A stretch of DNA of 62,505 nucleotides from an uncultured Candidatus Saccharibacteria bacterium. Its GTDB lineage: Bacteria > Patescibacteriota > Minisyncoccia > Phycocordibacterales > UBA2163. Below the pieces are notes generated by a model. The model made no database searches and was not told the DNA's origin. It was given only the letters and a program-made list of their open reading frames with translations. The DNA lies in NCBI GenBank assembly GCA_964626705.1, contig CAZVGL010000004.1, positions 1 to 62,505 of the forward strand. Direction: 5' to 3'. Made by a program: the position numbers and the translations under genes. This document shows positions 8,887-18,071 of this stretch, one piece after another (position 1 is the first letter of the stretch; each line of letters begins with the position of its first letter).

Positions 8887-9456
8887 ATGGACCAATTCAA
8901 AAAAACAAAAAACGCTATTATATTTATGACAATCTTGGTCATCGTAGCTGTGGTGGCATACGTAATGTTTTTTGTAAGTATAAAAAATAAAAATGAAAAT
9001 GTTTCTTTAATAACAAATGAGATAGATATTGCTGTGGAAAAGGAAGTGAAATTAAAATCTGTTAAGAATCTTGTAAACGATATAGAAGAAGATCGTTTAA
9101 AATTGGACACCTACTTTATTAAAGATGATGAAGTCGTGAATTTTATAGAAAGTGTAGAAGGTATGGCGGAAGACGCTGATATAAGTGCCGAAGTAACAGC
9201 TGTTGATATAGGTGATTATAAAAATAATGTAAATCAGGCAAGCGACATGGTAGAAAGGCTCCTACTCAGTCTTAAGGTTTATGGGAAATGGAATGATGTA
9301 TTTCATTTCATATCGCTTATTGAGAAAATGCCGTTTGTTGTAGATCTATCAAATATAAACATAGGAGCTGTTTATAGTAATAATAAGAAGACAAGCTATT
9401 GGCAGGGGACTTTTAAAATGAGTGCTTTAAAACTAAAAGAAGAAGATAAACAATAA
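8887..9456 (+). CDS. PilO-like protein
   Basis: TM + coiled coil + G.WNDVFHFISLIEKMP; third gene of the pilM cluster. Confidence 0.65.
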   Translation: MDQFKKTKNAIIFMTILVIVAVVAYVMFFVSIKNKNENVSLITNEIDIAVEKEVKLKSVKNLVNDIEEDRLKLDTYFIKDDEVVNFIESVEGMAEDADISAEVTAVDIGDYKNNVNQASDMVERLLLSLKVYGKWNDVFHFISLIEKMPFVVDLSNINIGAVYSNNKKTSYWQGTFKMSALKLKEEDKQ

Positions 9457-9458
9457 AC

Positions 9459-9785
9459 ATGAATATAAATATTTTTAAAAAAGGTTTAGGTAAGATGAAT
9501 ATAGGGAGTAGTGAAAATCTATCTGATAAAAGTAAGATATGGAGCAGGTTGCTTATGGTGTTTGTGCTTGTAAATGTGGTTGTTGTCGCACTTAGTCTGT
9601 ATTTATTCATACAAATAAGTAGTGGAGATATTTTTAGTATAAAACAAGAGACTGTTGTGTCCGTAGAGACTGTCGATAGAGCCACTCTTAGAGATATTAT
9701 TGTTTTCTTCGAGCAAAAGGAAGAAGAGTTCGATAGATCTAAAACAGAGGGACCTAGTGGTGACCTTGTTGACCCAGCGCTTTAG
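9459..9785 (+). CDS. Hypothetical single-TM protein of the pil cluster
   Basis: ORF 2 nt after the pilO-like gene; one TM. Confidence 0.6.
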   Translation: MNINIFKKGLGKMNIGSSENLSDKSKIWSRLLMVFVLVNVVVVALSLYLFIQISSGDIFSIKQETVVSVETVDRATLRDIIVFFEQKEEEFDRSKTEGPSGDLVDPAL

Positions 9786-9807
9786 TATTGTTACATTAGT
9801 ATTTATT

Positions 9808-9879
9808 GCCCCTGTAGTTTAACGGATAAAACAACTCCCTTCTAAGGAGTGGCTCTAGGTTCGATTCCTGGCAGGGGCA
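9808..9879 (+). tRNA. tRNA-Arg(TCT)
   Basis: GCCCCTG acceptor, ACTCC-CTTCTAA-GGAGT, GGTTCGATTCC. Confidence 0.93.
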
Positions 9880-9934
9880 CAAGTTGATAATTTATATTTT
9901 TTCTATATACTTCTCTATATAATCTATATAAAGA

Positions 9935-10007
9935 GGGCGATTAGCTCAGTTGGTAGAGCAGTTCATTTACACTGAAAAGGTCGGGGGTTCAAATCCCTCA
10001 TCGCCCA
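9935..10007 (+). tRNA. tRNA-Val(TAC)
   Basis: GGGCGAT acceptor, D-arm AGCTCAGTTGGTAGAGC, anticodon loop TTTACAC. Confidence 0.92.
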
Positions 10008-10012
10008 CACAA

Positions 10013-10057
10013 AACACTAAACCGCCCATTTCATACTGAAATGGGCGGTTTAGTGTT
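10013..10057. terminator. 21-bp-stem hairpin after the tRNA pair
   Basis: AACACTAAACCGCCCATTTCA-TAC-reverse complement. Confidence 0.65.
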
Positions 10058-10068
10058 AATATGTTGAG

Positions 10069-10776
10069 ATGAATATAAAAATACTATTTGAAAACGATGA
10101 GGTACTTGTGGTTGATAAACCTGCAGGTCTTGTGGTGCATGGCGATGGGAAGACTGACGAGCCTTCTCTGACTGACTGGGTGCTTGAGAAATATCCGGAG
10201 ATGGAGAGTGTTGGCGAACCTGCGCAATATGATGGTAAAGAAATAGCACGGCCGGGTGTTGTGCATAGACTAGACAGAGATACATCAGGAGTGATAGTGC
10301 TTGCAAAAACTCAAGAATCTTTTTTAAATCTAAAGAAACAGTTTCAAGAAAGGAAAACAAAGAAAATCTACAATGCTTTTGTATACGGTGCTGTAAAAAA
10401 TGAAGAAGATACTATAGATAGACAGATAGGAAAAAGCAAAAGCGACTTTAGAAAATGGTCAGCACAGCGCGGAGCGCGAGGAGTGCTTCGTGAAGCTGTT
10501 ACGGATTATAAAGTTTTACAGAAGAATAAAGATTTTTCATATCTAGAAGTGTCACCACAGACTGGGCGAACACATCAGATACGTGTGCACTTGAAGGCTA
10601 TAAACTATCCAGTGGTGTGCGATAAGCTGTATGCTCCAAAGCGTGAACATGCTCTTGCTTTCGAGCGTTTGGCGCTCCACGCAAGGTCTATTACATTTTC
10701 TCTCCTAAATGGCGAAAGCGTCTCGATGGAGGCAGATTTGCCAAAAGACTTTGAAAAAGCTCTAGGTTTGCTATAA
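10069..10776 (+). CDS. RluA-family pseudouridine synthase (no S4 domain)
   Basis: VDKPAGLVVH, HRLDRDTSG, GRTHQIRVH. Confidence 0.93.
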   Translation: MNIKILFENDEVLVVDKPAGLVVHGDGKTDEPSLTDWVLEKYPEMESVGEPAQYDGKEIARPGVVHRLDRDTSGVIVLAKTQESFLNLKKQFQERKTKKIYNAFVYGAVKNEEDTIDRQIGKSKSDFRKWSAQRGARGVLREAVTDYKVLQKNKDFSYLEVSPQTGRTHQIRVHLKAINYPVVCDKLYAPKREHALAFERLALHARSITFSLLNGESVSMEADLPKDFEKALGLL

Positions 10777-10828
10777 CAGTGGCTAATTATTGCTAATTTG
10801 AGCCTACTGTGTTAAAGTGTCTAGCATT

Positions 10829-11446
10829 ATGGCTACAACAGAAGCAACATCTGGAATCACGGTTTCTCCGGTAAATATGGAGAGCAGACAAGAACTCGGC
10901 ATTCGTGCTGGTGATACTGTGCGTGTGTGGCAGAAGATCCAAGAAAAAGGCAAGACAAGACTACAGGCGTTTGAAGGGCTTGTGCTTGCGCATAAGCATG
11001 GTAGTGAGGCAGGAGCTACATTTACAGTAAGAAAGGTTGCAAGTGGCGTAGGTGTAGAAAAAATATTCCCATTGTATTCTCCAGTTATAGATAAAATAGA
11101 GATCGTGAAGCGTGCAAAAGTTCGTCGAGCTAAGCTTTATCATGTTCGTGATAAAGCCGCTAAAGAAATAAGACGACAAATGAGAAATACTATGTTTGTA
11201 GATATACAGACGGTAAGTGACACAGAGGAAGCAAATAAAAAAGTAGCAGATGAAGAAGCTGCTAAAAAAGCTGAGGAAGAAAAAGTACAAGCAGAAGCAA
11301 CTGCAAAGGCAGAGGCAGAGAAAGCAGAAGAGGTGGTAGAAGAAGCTTCAAAAGATACTGCTACAGATGCACCAGCAGAAGAAAAGAAAGAGGAGGTGGT
11401 AGAAGAACCAAAAGCAGAGGAAAAGGTAGAAGAAGAAAAGAAATAA
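10829..11446 (+). CDS. rplS: 50S ribosomal protein L19 with long acidic C-terminal tail
   Basis: GDTVRV, RLQAFEG, GVGVEKIFP, VRRAKLY. Confidence 0.96.
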   Translation: MATTEATSGITVSPVNMESRQELGIRAGDTVRVWQKIQEKGKTRLQAFEGLVLAHKHGSEAGATFTVRKVASGVGVEKIFPLYSPVIDKIEIVKRAKVRRAKLYHVRDKAAKEIRRQMRNTMFVDIQTVSDTEEANKKVADEEAAKKAEEEKVQAEATAKAEAEKAEEVVEEASKDTATDAPAEEKKEEVVEEPKAEEKVEEEKK

Positions 11447-11501
11447 AAATAACGAGGTAACTCGTTATTTTTTTGTTTTTAATATATACTCTATTTATTA
11501 A

Positions 11502-11585
11502 GCCCAGGTGGCGAAACTGGTAGACGCGCTACCTTGAGGGGGTAGTGTCCGTAAGGACGTGCTGGTTCAACTCCAGTCCTGGGCA
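11502..11585 (+). tRNA. tRNA-Leu(GAG)
   Basis: GCCCAGG acceptor, CTACC-TTGAGGG-GGTAG, variable arm. Confidence 0.93.
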
Positions 11586-11610
11586 CAATTATTTCTGCTA
11601 TAATAAACAA

Positions 11611-12147
11611 ATGTTATATACAAGAGTAGGCGACGATGGTACAACCAAAATTTTTGGTTGTGACCAAAGGATATCTAAAAGTTCTGCAGTAACAGAAGCG
11701 CTTGGTGCTATGGATGAAGTTAATTCTTATCTAGGACTTTGCAAGGTTGGGTCAAAAGAGCAGGGATTTGGTTTTGAGAAAGCTATACATAGTATTCAGA
11801 AGAATCTTTTTATAGTGCAGGCAGAACTTGCCGGAGCTAGGGAATCTATAACAGATAAAAAAGTAAAAGATTTAGAAGGTGTAACTAATAGTATTGAGGA
11901 AAAGCTTCCTAAAATAAATAGTTTTTTTATATCTGGCAGTACAGAACTATCTGCATCTTTTGACTTTGCACGCACCCTTGCAAGAAGAGCTGAGAGGAGA
12001 GTTGTGGCTGTGTATGAAGATGGAGATGTAGGGGTGAGCAAATACACACTTCAATACCTAAACCGTCTTTCAAGTGTTTTATATGCATTTGCTAGACTTT
12101 CTAGTCATTTATCTGGTATAACTGAACAGTCTCCGGACTATAAATAA
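11611..12147 (+). CDS. PduO-type ATP:cob(I)alamin adenosyltransferase
   Basis: YTRVGDDGTT, DEVNSYLG, RTLARRAER, YLNRLSS; start at 11611 because the longer ORF overlaps tRNA-Leu. Confidence 0.9.
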   Translation: MLYTRVGDDGTTKIFGCDQRISKSSAVTEALGAMDEVNSYLGLCKVGSKEQGFGFEKAIHSIQKNLFIVQAELAGARESITDKKVKDLEGVTNSIEEKLPKINSFFISGSTELSASFDFARTLARRAERRVVAVYEDGDVGVSKYTLQYLNRLSSVLYAFARLSSHLSGITEQSPDYK

Positions 12148-12150
12148 TAT

Positions 12151-12223
12151 GGTGTCTATGGTGTAACGGTTAACACTGGAGTTTGTGGAACTCCCAATTC
12201 GGGTTCGATTCCCGATAGACACC
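12151..12223 (+). tRNA. tRNA-His(GTG) with encoded G-1
   Basis: G-GTGTCTA...TAGACAC-C; GGAGT-TTGTGGA-ACTCC. Confidence 0.93.
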
Positions 12224-12232
12224 CAAAGTATT

Positions 12233-12793
12233 ATGATCATCATAGGAATAACAGGAATATTGGGCGCAGGTAAGGGTACTGTCGTTGATTACCTTACAGA
12301 AGAAAAAGGGTTTAAGCATTATTCTGCTCGTGCTTTTATAACTGAAGAAATAGAAAGAAGAGGTTTGTCGGTAGATAGAGATACTATGACAGAAGTATCA
12401 AACGATTTAAGAAAGAGTAATTCTCCAGCCTATATAATAGAACAACTTTATAATATTGCAGAGTTAGAAGGACACAGTGCTGTAATAGAATCAATCCGTA
12501 CTTCTGGTGAAGTAGAATTCTTGAAAAGCAAAGGAGATTTTCATCTTTTGTCTGTAGATGCTCCTTCAAAAATTCGATACGAAAGGATCTCCACTAGAGG
12601 AAGTGAAACAGACAATGTCTCGTTTGAGAAATTTCTGGCAGATGAAGAAAGAGAGATGAAGTCGGTCGATCCTAATAAGCAAAACATAGGTTGGTGTGTT
12701 GACCATGCTGACTATAAACTAATGAATGACGGTACTGTTGAAGATTTACAAAAAGACGTAGATATTATTCTTAAAAAAATAAACCATATCTAA
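12233..12793 (+). CDS. P-loop nucleotide kinase (dephospho-CoA kinase/NMP kinase-like)
   Basis: IGITGILGAGKGT Walker A, IESIR, RYERI..RG. Confidence 0.8.
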   Translation: MIIIGITGILGAGKGTVVDYLTEEKGFKHYSARAFITEEIERRGLSVDRDTMTEVSNDLRKSNSPAYIIEQLYNIAELEGHSAVIESIRTSGEVEFLKSKGDFHLLSVDAPSKIRYERISTRGSETDNVSFEKFLADEEREMKSVDPNKQNIGWCVDHADYKLMNDGTVEDLQKDVDIILKKINHI

Positions 12794-13884
12794 TGAGATC
12801 TTTTTTTCAAAAATATAAAGAATTTTTCAAACGCAATGAGCGATATATTTCTGGTGGGGCACTTTTGCTTGGTTTTATAGTAGACAACTTTACTTTGACG
12901 AGGATCGATCTTAGTTTTGACAATATTGTACTTTTTACATATCTGACTATTGCACTCTTGGCGATAGTGGCTATAAACTTTTATGAAGAAGGGGTTTTGA
13001 AAGGGTTCTTATTTGAGAAAGTTAGGTTTATCGCACCACTTGCAATGCAATTTGCATTTGGTGGCCTTTTCAGTGGGTTCGTAATCTTCTATTCTAGAAG
13101 TGCATCGCTCATTACAAGCTGGCCATTTATTTTGATGCTTATTGCACTTTTAGTCGGTAATGAATTTTTCAAGAAAAAATATACTAGGTTTACTTTTAGG
13201 ATGAGTATATTTTTTGTAGCGCTTTTCTCTTTCTTAATCTTCTATGTTCCTGTTGTCACAAAGTCTATAAATGCTGGTATCTTTCTCTTAAGTGGAGTTA
13301 TAAGTTTGGCACTTATGGCGATTTTGGTCCATACTTTGAGAGTTTTTATTCCAGCTCGGATTAAAAAAAGTAAAAATGCTCTTAGGTTAAGTATTGTGAG
13401 CATCTTTGTTCTTATAAATATTTTTTATTTTACGAATATTATCCCACCGATACCACTTTCACTTAAAGAGGCAAGCGCACATTATTTTGTAGAGAGAACA
13501 GTTGGAGGCGACTATCTTGCGACAAGTGAAATTGAAAAATGGTACAGCTTTTTAACACTAGGTAATACTATTTATGTTTCAGTAGGTGAGCCAGTGTATG
13601 TTTTTAGTTCGGTATTTGCACCAACAAAACTCAATACGCAGATTTTCCATAAGTGGCAGTATTATGACGAGGGGAGGGATGAATGGATAGAGAGTGATAA
13701 GCTAGGGTTTGCAATATCAGGTGGACGTGACGGCGGGTATAGAGGATATACTATGAAATCAAACGTGACCGAAGGTCTCTGGCGTGTGGATGTGCTAACA
13801 AAGCGTAACCAACTTCTCGGAAGGGTGAAGTTTAAGGTAGAAGAAGTGCAAAAAACTATAGATTTAGAGATAAAGACTATTTAG
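12793..13884 (+). CDS. Polytopic membrane protein with C-terminal DUF2914-like domain
   Basis: ~7 TM then H.W, GGRDGGYRGYT, G.WRVDV. Confidence 0.8.
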   Translation: MRSFFQKYKEFFKRNERYISGGALLLGFIVDNFTLTRIDLSFDNIVLFTYLTIALLAIVAINFYEEGVLKGFLFEKVRFIAPLAMQFAFGGLFSGFVIFYSRSASLITSWPFILMLIALLVGNEFFKKKYTRFTFRMSIFFVALFSFLIFYVPVVTKSINAGIFLLSGVISLALMAILVHTLRVFIPARIKKSKNALRLSIVSIFVLINIFYFTNIIPPIPLSLKEASAHYFVERTVGGDYLATSEIEKWYSFLTLGNTIYVSVGEPVYVFSSVFAPTKLNTQIFHKWQYYDEGRDEWIESDKLGFAISGGRDGGYRGYTMKSNVTEGLWRVDVLTKRNQLLGRVKFKVEEVQKTIDLEIKTI

Positions 13885-13890
13885 TTATCC

Positions 13891-13913
13891 ACACAAAGGA
13901 CAGTCCTTTGTGT
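13891..13913. repeat. REP family A palindrome
   Basis: ACACAAAGGAC-A-GTCCTTTGTGT preceded by AGTTATCC; related imperfect copy at 1806..1821. Confidence 0.85.
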
Positions 13914-13959
13914 TTTTTTGATATTACAATATAAGTATTAGTAATTAACTTTTAATAAT

Positions 13960-14355
13960 ATGGAATCAATATTTCTTGTGCAGGTTATCGGTATCTATTT
14001 TCTAGTAGTTGGTATCTCTGCGCTTATTAAGTCAAAAGAGTGGCAACATGTCGTGAAGCATCTTATGGAACACGAGCATACAGCTCTTGCATATCTTGCG
14101 GCTATCTTCACTTTTATTATCGGACTTATCGTTGTGCTTAATCACAATGTTTGGACAGGTGGTATACCAGTTGTCATAGCGACAGTAGTAGGGTGGCTTA
14201 TCTTAGTAAAGGGAGTTACGTATTTCTTGCTTCCAAGTCATGTGTGGGTCTCATGGGTGCGAAAGATGAATGGTCTGAAATTATATAAGATATTTGGAAT
14301 TATCTATATAATAATAGGAGCATATATGGCATACAATGGATTCTTTGTAGCGTAA
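13960..14355 (+). CDS. Small 4-TM membrane protein
   Basis: Four hydrophobic segments; no family confidently assigned. Confidence 0.75.
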   Translation: MESIFLVQVIGIYFLVVGISALIKSKEWQHVVKHLMEHEHTALAYLAAIFTFIIGLIVVLNHNVWTGGIPVVIATVVGWLILVKGVTYFLLPSHVWVSWVRKMNGLKLYKIFGIIYIIIGAYMAYNGFFVA

Positions 14356-14359
14356 TATA

Positions 14360-14413
14360 AAAACAAAAACACCGCCCAGTCGCTCGCGAGCGACTGGGCG
14401 GTGTTTTTGTTTT
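14360..14413. terminator. Perfect 54-nt palindrome between convergent genes (likely bidirectional terminator)
   Basis: 27+27 nt with no spacer; A/T tails on both sides. Confidence 0.75.
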
Positions 14414-14415
14414 AT

Positions 14416-15192
14416 CTATACTTCAAACGCTAAAAGTGCAAACATTATTGCGATACCGACTACTATAGCTATGAATTGAAGGATGGAGTGTTTTTTGGAT
14501 GAGGTCTTGTGAAGTTCTGGTACTAGGTCAGAGCCTGCTATGTAGATAAACCCACCAGCTGCAAAAGCAATCAAGAATGGAATATAAGAATCAATATTTT
14601 TACCGAAGATAAAAACTATAGCAGTACCAAGTATGGCAGAAAGTGATGAAAAGAAGTTGAACAAAATAGCTTTTGTTTTTGAATAGCCGGAATGTATAAG
14701 TACTGCAAAATGTCCTATCTCTTGTGGTATTTCGTGGAGGATTATCGCAATGGTTGTAGCGATACCGACTTCAATACTTATAAAATAACTTACACCTATG
14801 ATTATTCCATCTACCATGTTGTGTAAAGCATCTGATGTGAGTATGAGAGCACCCATAGGGTGTATCTTCTTTTCTTTTGTCTCGCACTCTTCTGTGTCGC
14901 AACTATGTTCGTGTGAATGATGCCACCGTATAAACTTTTCAAGTACAAAAAAGAGCATTATACCAATAAGTATTGCGAGGGAAACTATAGAAGGGTTGCC
15001 TATCTCATTAAATGCTTCAGGTATAAGGTGTATAATAGCGTCACCAAAAAGTGCACCCACTGACAAGCTTACAAGTAGAAAAGTTATTCTCTTTAAGAAT
15101 GCCTGCTTCAAGCCAAGTGAAAATAAACCTACGAGAGATATAAGGCTTACTAGTATTACACTTCCAAATGCATATATAGTTATTGTATCCAT
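14416..15192 (-). CDS. ZIP-family divalent metal (Zn) transporter
   Basis: HHSHEH loop, DALHNMVDG, ILHEIPQEIG. Confidence 0.93.
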   Translation of the reverse strand: MDTITIYAFGSVILVSLISLVGLFSLGLKQAFLKRITFLLVSLSVGALFGDAIIHLIPEAFNEIGNPSIVSLAILIGIMLFFVLEKFIRWHHSHEHSCDTEECETKEKKIHPMGALILTSDALHNMVDGIIIGVSYFISIEVGIATTIAIILHEIPQEIGHFAVLIHSGYSKTKAILFNFFSSLSAILGTAIVFIFGKNIDSYIPFLIAFAAGGFIYIAGSDLVPELHKTSSKKHSILQFIAIVVGIAIMFALLAFEV

Positions 15193-15273
15193 ATGGGCAT
15201 AATAACATAATTGCCTTTTATTGGAGAGCGTTATATATTAAGTATATAATTATCAACTAACTAATTATTTATT

Positions 15274-16089
15274 ATGCATAATGAAACAAATAATCACGGT
15301 TACTGTGGTTTTGGAAGCGGTCGTGTAAAGAAAATGCTTGTACTTGTACTTTTAGTGCTCGCAATCTTTCTTGTGTTTAAGACATTAAATACTATTAAAG
15401 AATATCGCTTTATAGGAGGAGGAGTATCTGCTACTAATACTATTAGTGTATCTGGTGAAGGGGAAGTGTTTGCAGTAGCTGACATCGCAGAATTTTCGTT
15501 CTCTGTGGTTGAAGAAAAAGATACTGTAACAGAAGCGCAGGAAGTTGCGGCACAGAAGATCAATGTCATTTTAGGTTTTCTAAAAGATAGTGAAATAAAA
15601 GATAATGATATTAAAACAACAAATTATAATGTATATCCTCGTTATGATTTTATCCGAAAAGCATGTTCTGGAGGTTTTTGTCCTCCAGGGGAGAGGGTAC
15701 TGAAAGGGTTTGAGGTAAGTCAGAATATTTCTGTAAAAGTTCGTGATACGAAAACTGCCGGAGCTATACTTGCTGGTATAGGTGAACGAGGTGCGACAAA
15801 TATAAGTAGCCTTAACTTTACTATAGATGATGAAGAAGATCTGCAAGAGGAAGCACGTAAGAGTGCTATAGAGGACGCACGAAAAAAGGCTAAACAGCTT
15901 GCAAAAGATCTAGATGTAAAGCTTGTACGAGTAGTCAATTTCTCTGAATCTGGAGGTAGTCCAAGGTTTAAGACATTTGCAGTGGCAGAGATGGCAACTC
16001 TAGATGCTGTAGGCGGCGGAATACCTGAAATACCAGTTGGGGAGAATAAGATCACTTCTAATGTAAATATTACTTACGAGATAAGGTAG
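15274..16089 (+). CDS. SIMPL/DUF541 domain protein
   Basis: ISVSGEGEV.A.AD, AIEDARKKA..LA..L, final V.ITYEI. Confidence 0.9.
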   Translation: MHNETNNHGYCGFGSGRVKKMLVLVLLVLAIFLVFKTLNTIKEYRFIGGGVSATNTISVSGEGEVFAVADIAEFSFSVVEEKDTVTEAQEVAAQKINVILGFLKDSEIKDNDIKTTNYNVYPRYDFIRKACSGGFCPPGERVLKGFEVSQNISVKVRDTKTAGAILAGIGERGATNISSLNFTIDDEEDLQEEARKSAIEDARKKAKQLAKDLDVKLVRVVNFSESGGSPRFKTFAVAEMATLDAVGGGIPEIPVGENKITSNVNITYEIR

Positions 16090-16091
16090 TA

Positions 16092-16119
16092 TTGACTTTT
16101 TTCCTAAAACGAGTAATAT
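16092..16119 (+). promoter_or_regulatory. Putative sigma70 promoter for secE-nusG-rplK
   Basis: TTGACT-16 nt-TAATAT. Confidence 0.45.
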
Positions 16120-16160
16120 ATTAAATAACACCCGAGGGGTGTTTTTTAATAAAATTCATA

Positions 16161-16212
16161 GCTCCTCAAGGTCTCACCTCTCTCTACGAGGCGAGGAAAG
16201 ACCTTTTCCCGC
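16161..16212 (+). repeat. Bipartite REP-like repeat, family B
   Basis: GCTCCTCAAGGTCTCACCT...GAGGAAAGACCTTTTCCCGC; relatives at 27708, 58293, 59051, 59931. Confidence 0.8.
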
Positions 16213-16234
16213 AATGAATTTTTAATACAAAATC

Positions 16235-16414
16235 ATGAAATTAATCAATTATATAAAGGATACAAGGGGAGAACTAAAGCATGTTAGCTGGCCAACAAGA
16301 CAGCAGGCTATTGTGTTTACAGCACTTGTTATTATAATTTCGCTTTTTACAGCGGCATTGTTAGGGTTCTTTGATTTTATCTTTTCGTATTTACTAGAAA
16401 ATTTCGTTCTGTAA
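16235..16414 (+). CDS. secE: Preprotein translocase SecE (59 aa, absent from the ORF track)
   Basis: ELKHVSWPTR followed by one TM; directly upstream of nusG. Confidence 0.95.
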   Translation: MKLINYIKDTRGELKHVSWPTRQQAIVFTALVIIISLFTAALLGFFDFIFSYLLENFVL

Positions 16415-16424
16415 AAAACTTATC

Positions 16425-16970
16425 ATGGCAAAACAAGACACAGCACAAAATAGAAACTGGTATGCTATCCATACATATTCTGGATATGAAAATGCGGTGA
16501 AGCGTAACTTACGTCAGCGTATAGAGTCTTTGGGTATGGAAGATAAGATCTTTGATGTTATAGTTCCAACAGAAAAAAAGATAAAAATAAAAGCAGGAAA
16601 GAGGGTAGAAGAAGAAGATAAGATATATCCAGGATACATACTTGTAGACATGGTGGTAGATGACGACTCTTGGTATGTTGTTAGAAATACACCTAGAGTT
16701 ACAGGATTTGTCGGTTCTGGAGTGCACCCAGTCCCTCTTTCAAAAGGAGAGTTAGACTCACTTCTAAAGAGAATGGAATCTGATACTGCAAAACATAAAA
16801 TAGAACTTGCAGTATCAGACGCTGTGACTATAATAGATGGACCGTTTAAAGAGATGGATGGAAAGGTTGCAGAAGTGGATGATGAACGAGGTAAGGTTAA
16901 AGTGTTGGTATCAATGTTTGGACGAGAGACACCTGTAGAACTAGACTTCCTTCAAGTTAAAAAGATTTAG
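16425..16970 (+). CDS. nusG: Transcription factor NusG
   Basis: WYAIHTYSGYE, PGYILV, VTGFVG, FGRETPVELDF. Confidence 0.98.
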   Translation: MAKQDTAQNRNWYAIHTYSGYENAVKRNLRQRIESLGMEDKIFDVIVPTEKKIKIKAGKRVEEEDKIYPGYILVDMVVDDDSWYVVRNTPRVTGFVGSGVHPVPLSKGELDSLLKRMESDTAKHKIELAVSDAVTIIDGPFKEMDGKVAEVDDERGKVKVLVSMFGRETPVELDFLQVKKI

Positions 16971-16987
16971 TAAAATAAAAAATTATT

Positions 16988-17413
16988 ATGGCAAAGAAAG
17001 TAGAAAAAAAATTAAAACTTCAAATAGAAGCAGGGAAAGCAAATCCTGCTCCTCCTGTGGGGCCTGCGCTTGGTCAGGCCGGTATTAATATTGGTGAATT
17101 TGTTACAAAGTTTAACGATGCAACAAAAGAGATGATGGGGGACATTATCCCTGTTGAGATATCTGTATATGAAGACAGAAGCTTTGACTTTGTACTTAAG
17201 ACTCCTCCAGCATCAAGACTTCTCTTAAAAGCACTTGGTATAAAAAAAGGTTCAGGTAAGAACTTAACAAGTAAGGTTGGAAAGGCTACAAAAGCGCAAC
17301 TTATAGATATAGCTACAAAAAAACTTCCAGACCTAAATACAAACGACCCAGAGCAGGGTGCTAAAGTGATAGCAGGTACAGCACGAAGTATGGGTATCGA
17401 AACTGACCTATAG
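16988..17413 (+). CDS. rplK: 50S ribosomal protein L11
   Basis: [23 protein letters not shown]. Confidence 0.98.
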   Translation: MAKKVEKKLKLQIEAGKANPAPPVGPALGQAGINIGEFVTKFNDATKEMMGDIIPVEISVYEDRSFDFVLKTPPASRLLLKALGIKKGSGKNLTSKVGKATKAQLIDIATKKLPDLNTNDPEQGAKVIAGTARSMGIETDL

Positions 17414-18070
17414 TATAAAATCTCTCAAATCTTTTGAGGAAGATAACTGAGGGCATTCTATGTCCTCTTTTTCTTTGGGTACGTTTACTAGAATTGCGTT
17501 TATGCCAAGCTCTTTTGGTGCGAAGTAGTCAGAAGATGGTCTGTCGCCAATATAGAGAAACTCTTCAGGAGACACGTCTTTGTAAAACGACATCCATAGT
17601 TTGAAAGCACCTCCGTCTGACTTAGATGCTATCTCACCTGTAATGATATTTGAAAATATTTCCTTTGGAATGTTTAAGTACTCCATCTTTTGATATGCAT
17701 TGTTTTTGTCAGACCCTGTTATTAGGTCTATATTCCCATATTTTTCTTTTACATCTTTAAGAAGTTGCAAGATCTCTCCGTCAGGAGCCAAAAACTCAGC
17801 TATATCAGCATTCTCTAATGCTTCTTGCACTATATCTCCTGCATTAGGTATCTCAAGCTTTTGAAGGGTTTTTGTGCCTGACAGCCCACTACCGTCTTTG
17901 TACAGATCTTTAAAAAGCTCTTCTGCTTCTTGTAAGCTAACTCCTTTGTGTGCAGATATCTTTTTATATATGTAGCTCTGTATAGCCTCATCAATAGTTG
18001 GAGATTTGGGATACAGTGTTTGGTCTAGGTCAAAACCAATAACTTTAATTTTATTTTTATAAATAATCAT
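17408..18070 (-). CDS. HAD-superfamily phosphatase (nucleotidase-like)
   Basis: FDLDQTLY motif I, ITGS motif [11 protein letters not shown] motif IV. Confidence 0.88.
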   Translation of the reverse strand: MIIYKNKIKVIGFDLDQTLYPKSPTIDEAIQSYIYKKISAHKGVSLQEAEELFKDLYKDGSGLSGTKTLQKLEIPNAGDIVQEALENADIAEFLAPDGEILQLLKDVKEKYGNIDLITGSDKNNAYQKMEYLNIPKEIFSNIITGEIASKSDGGAFKLWMSFYKDVSPEEFLYIGDRPSSDYFAPKELGINAILVNVPKEKEDIECPQLSSSKDLRDFIL

Positions 18071-18071
18071 T

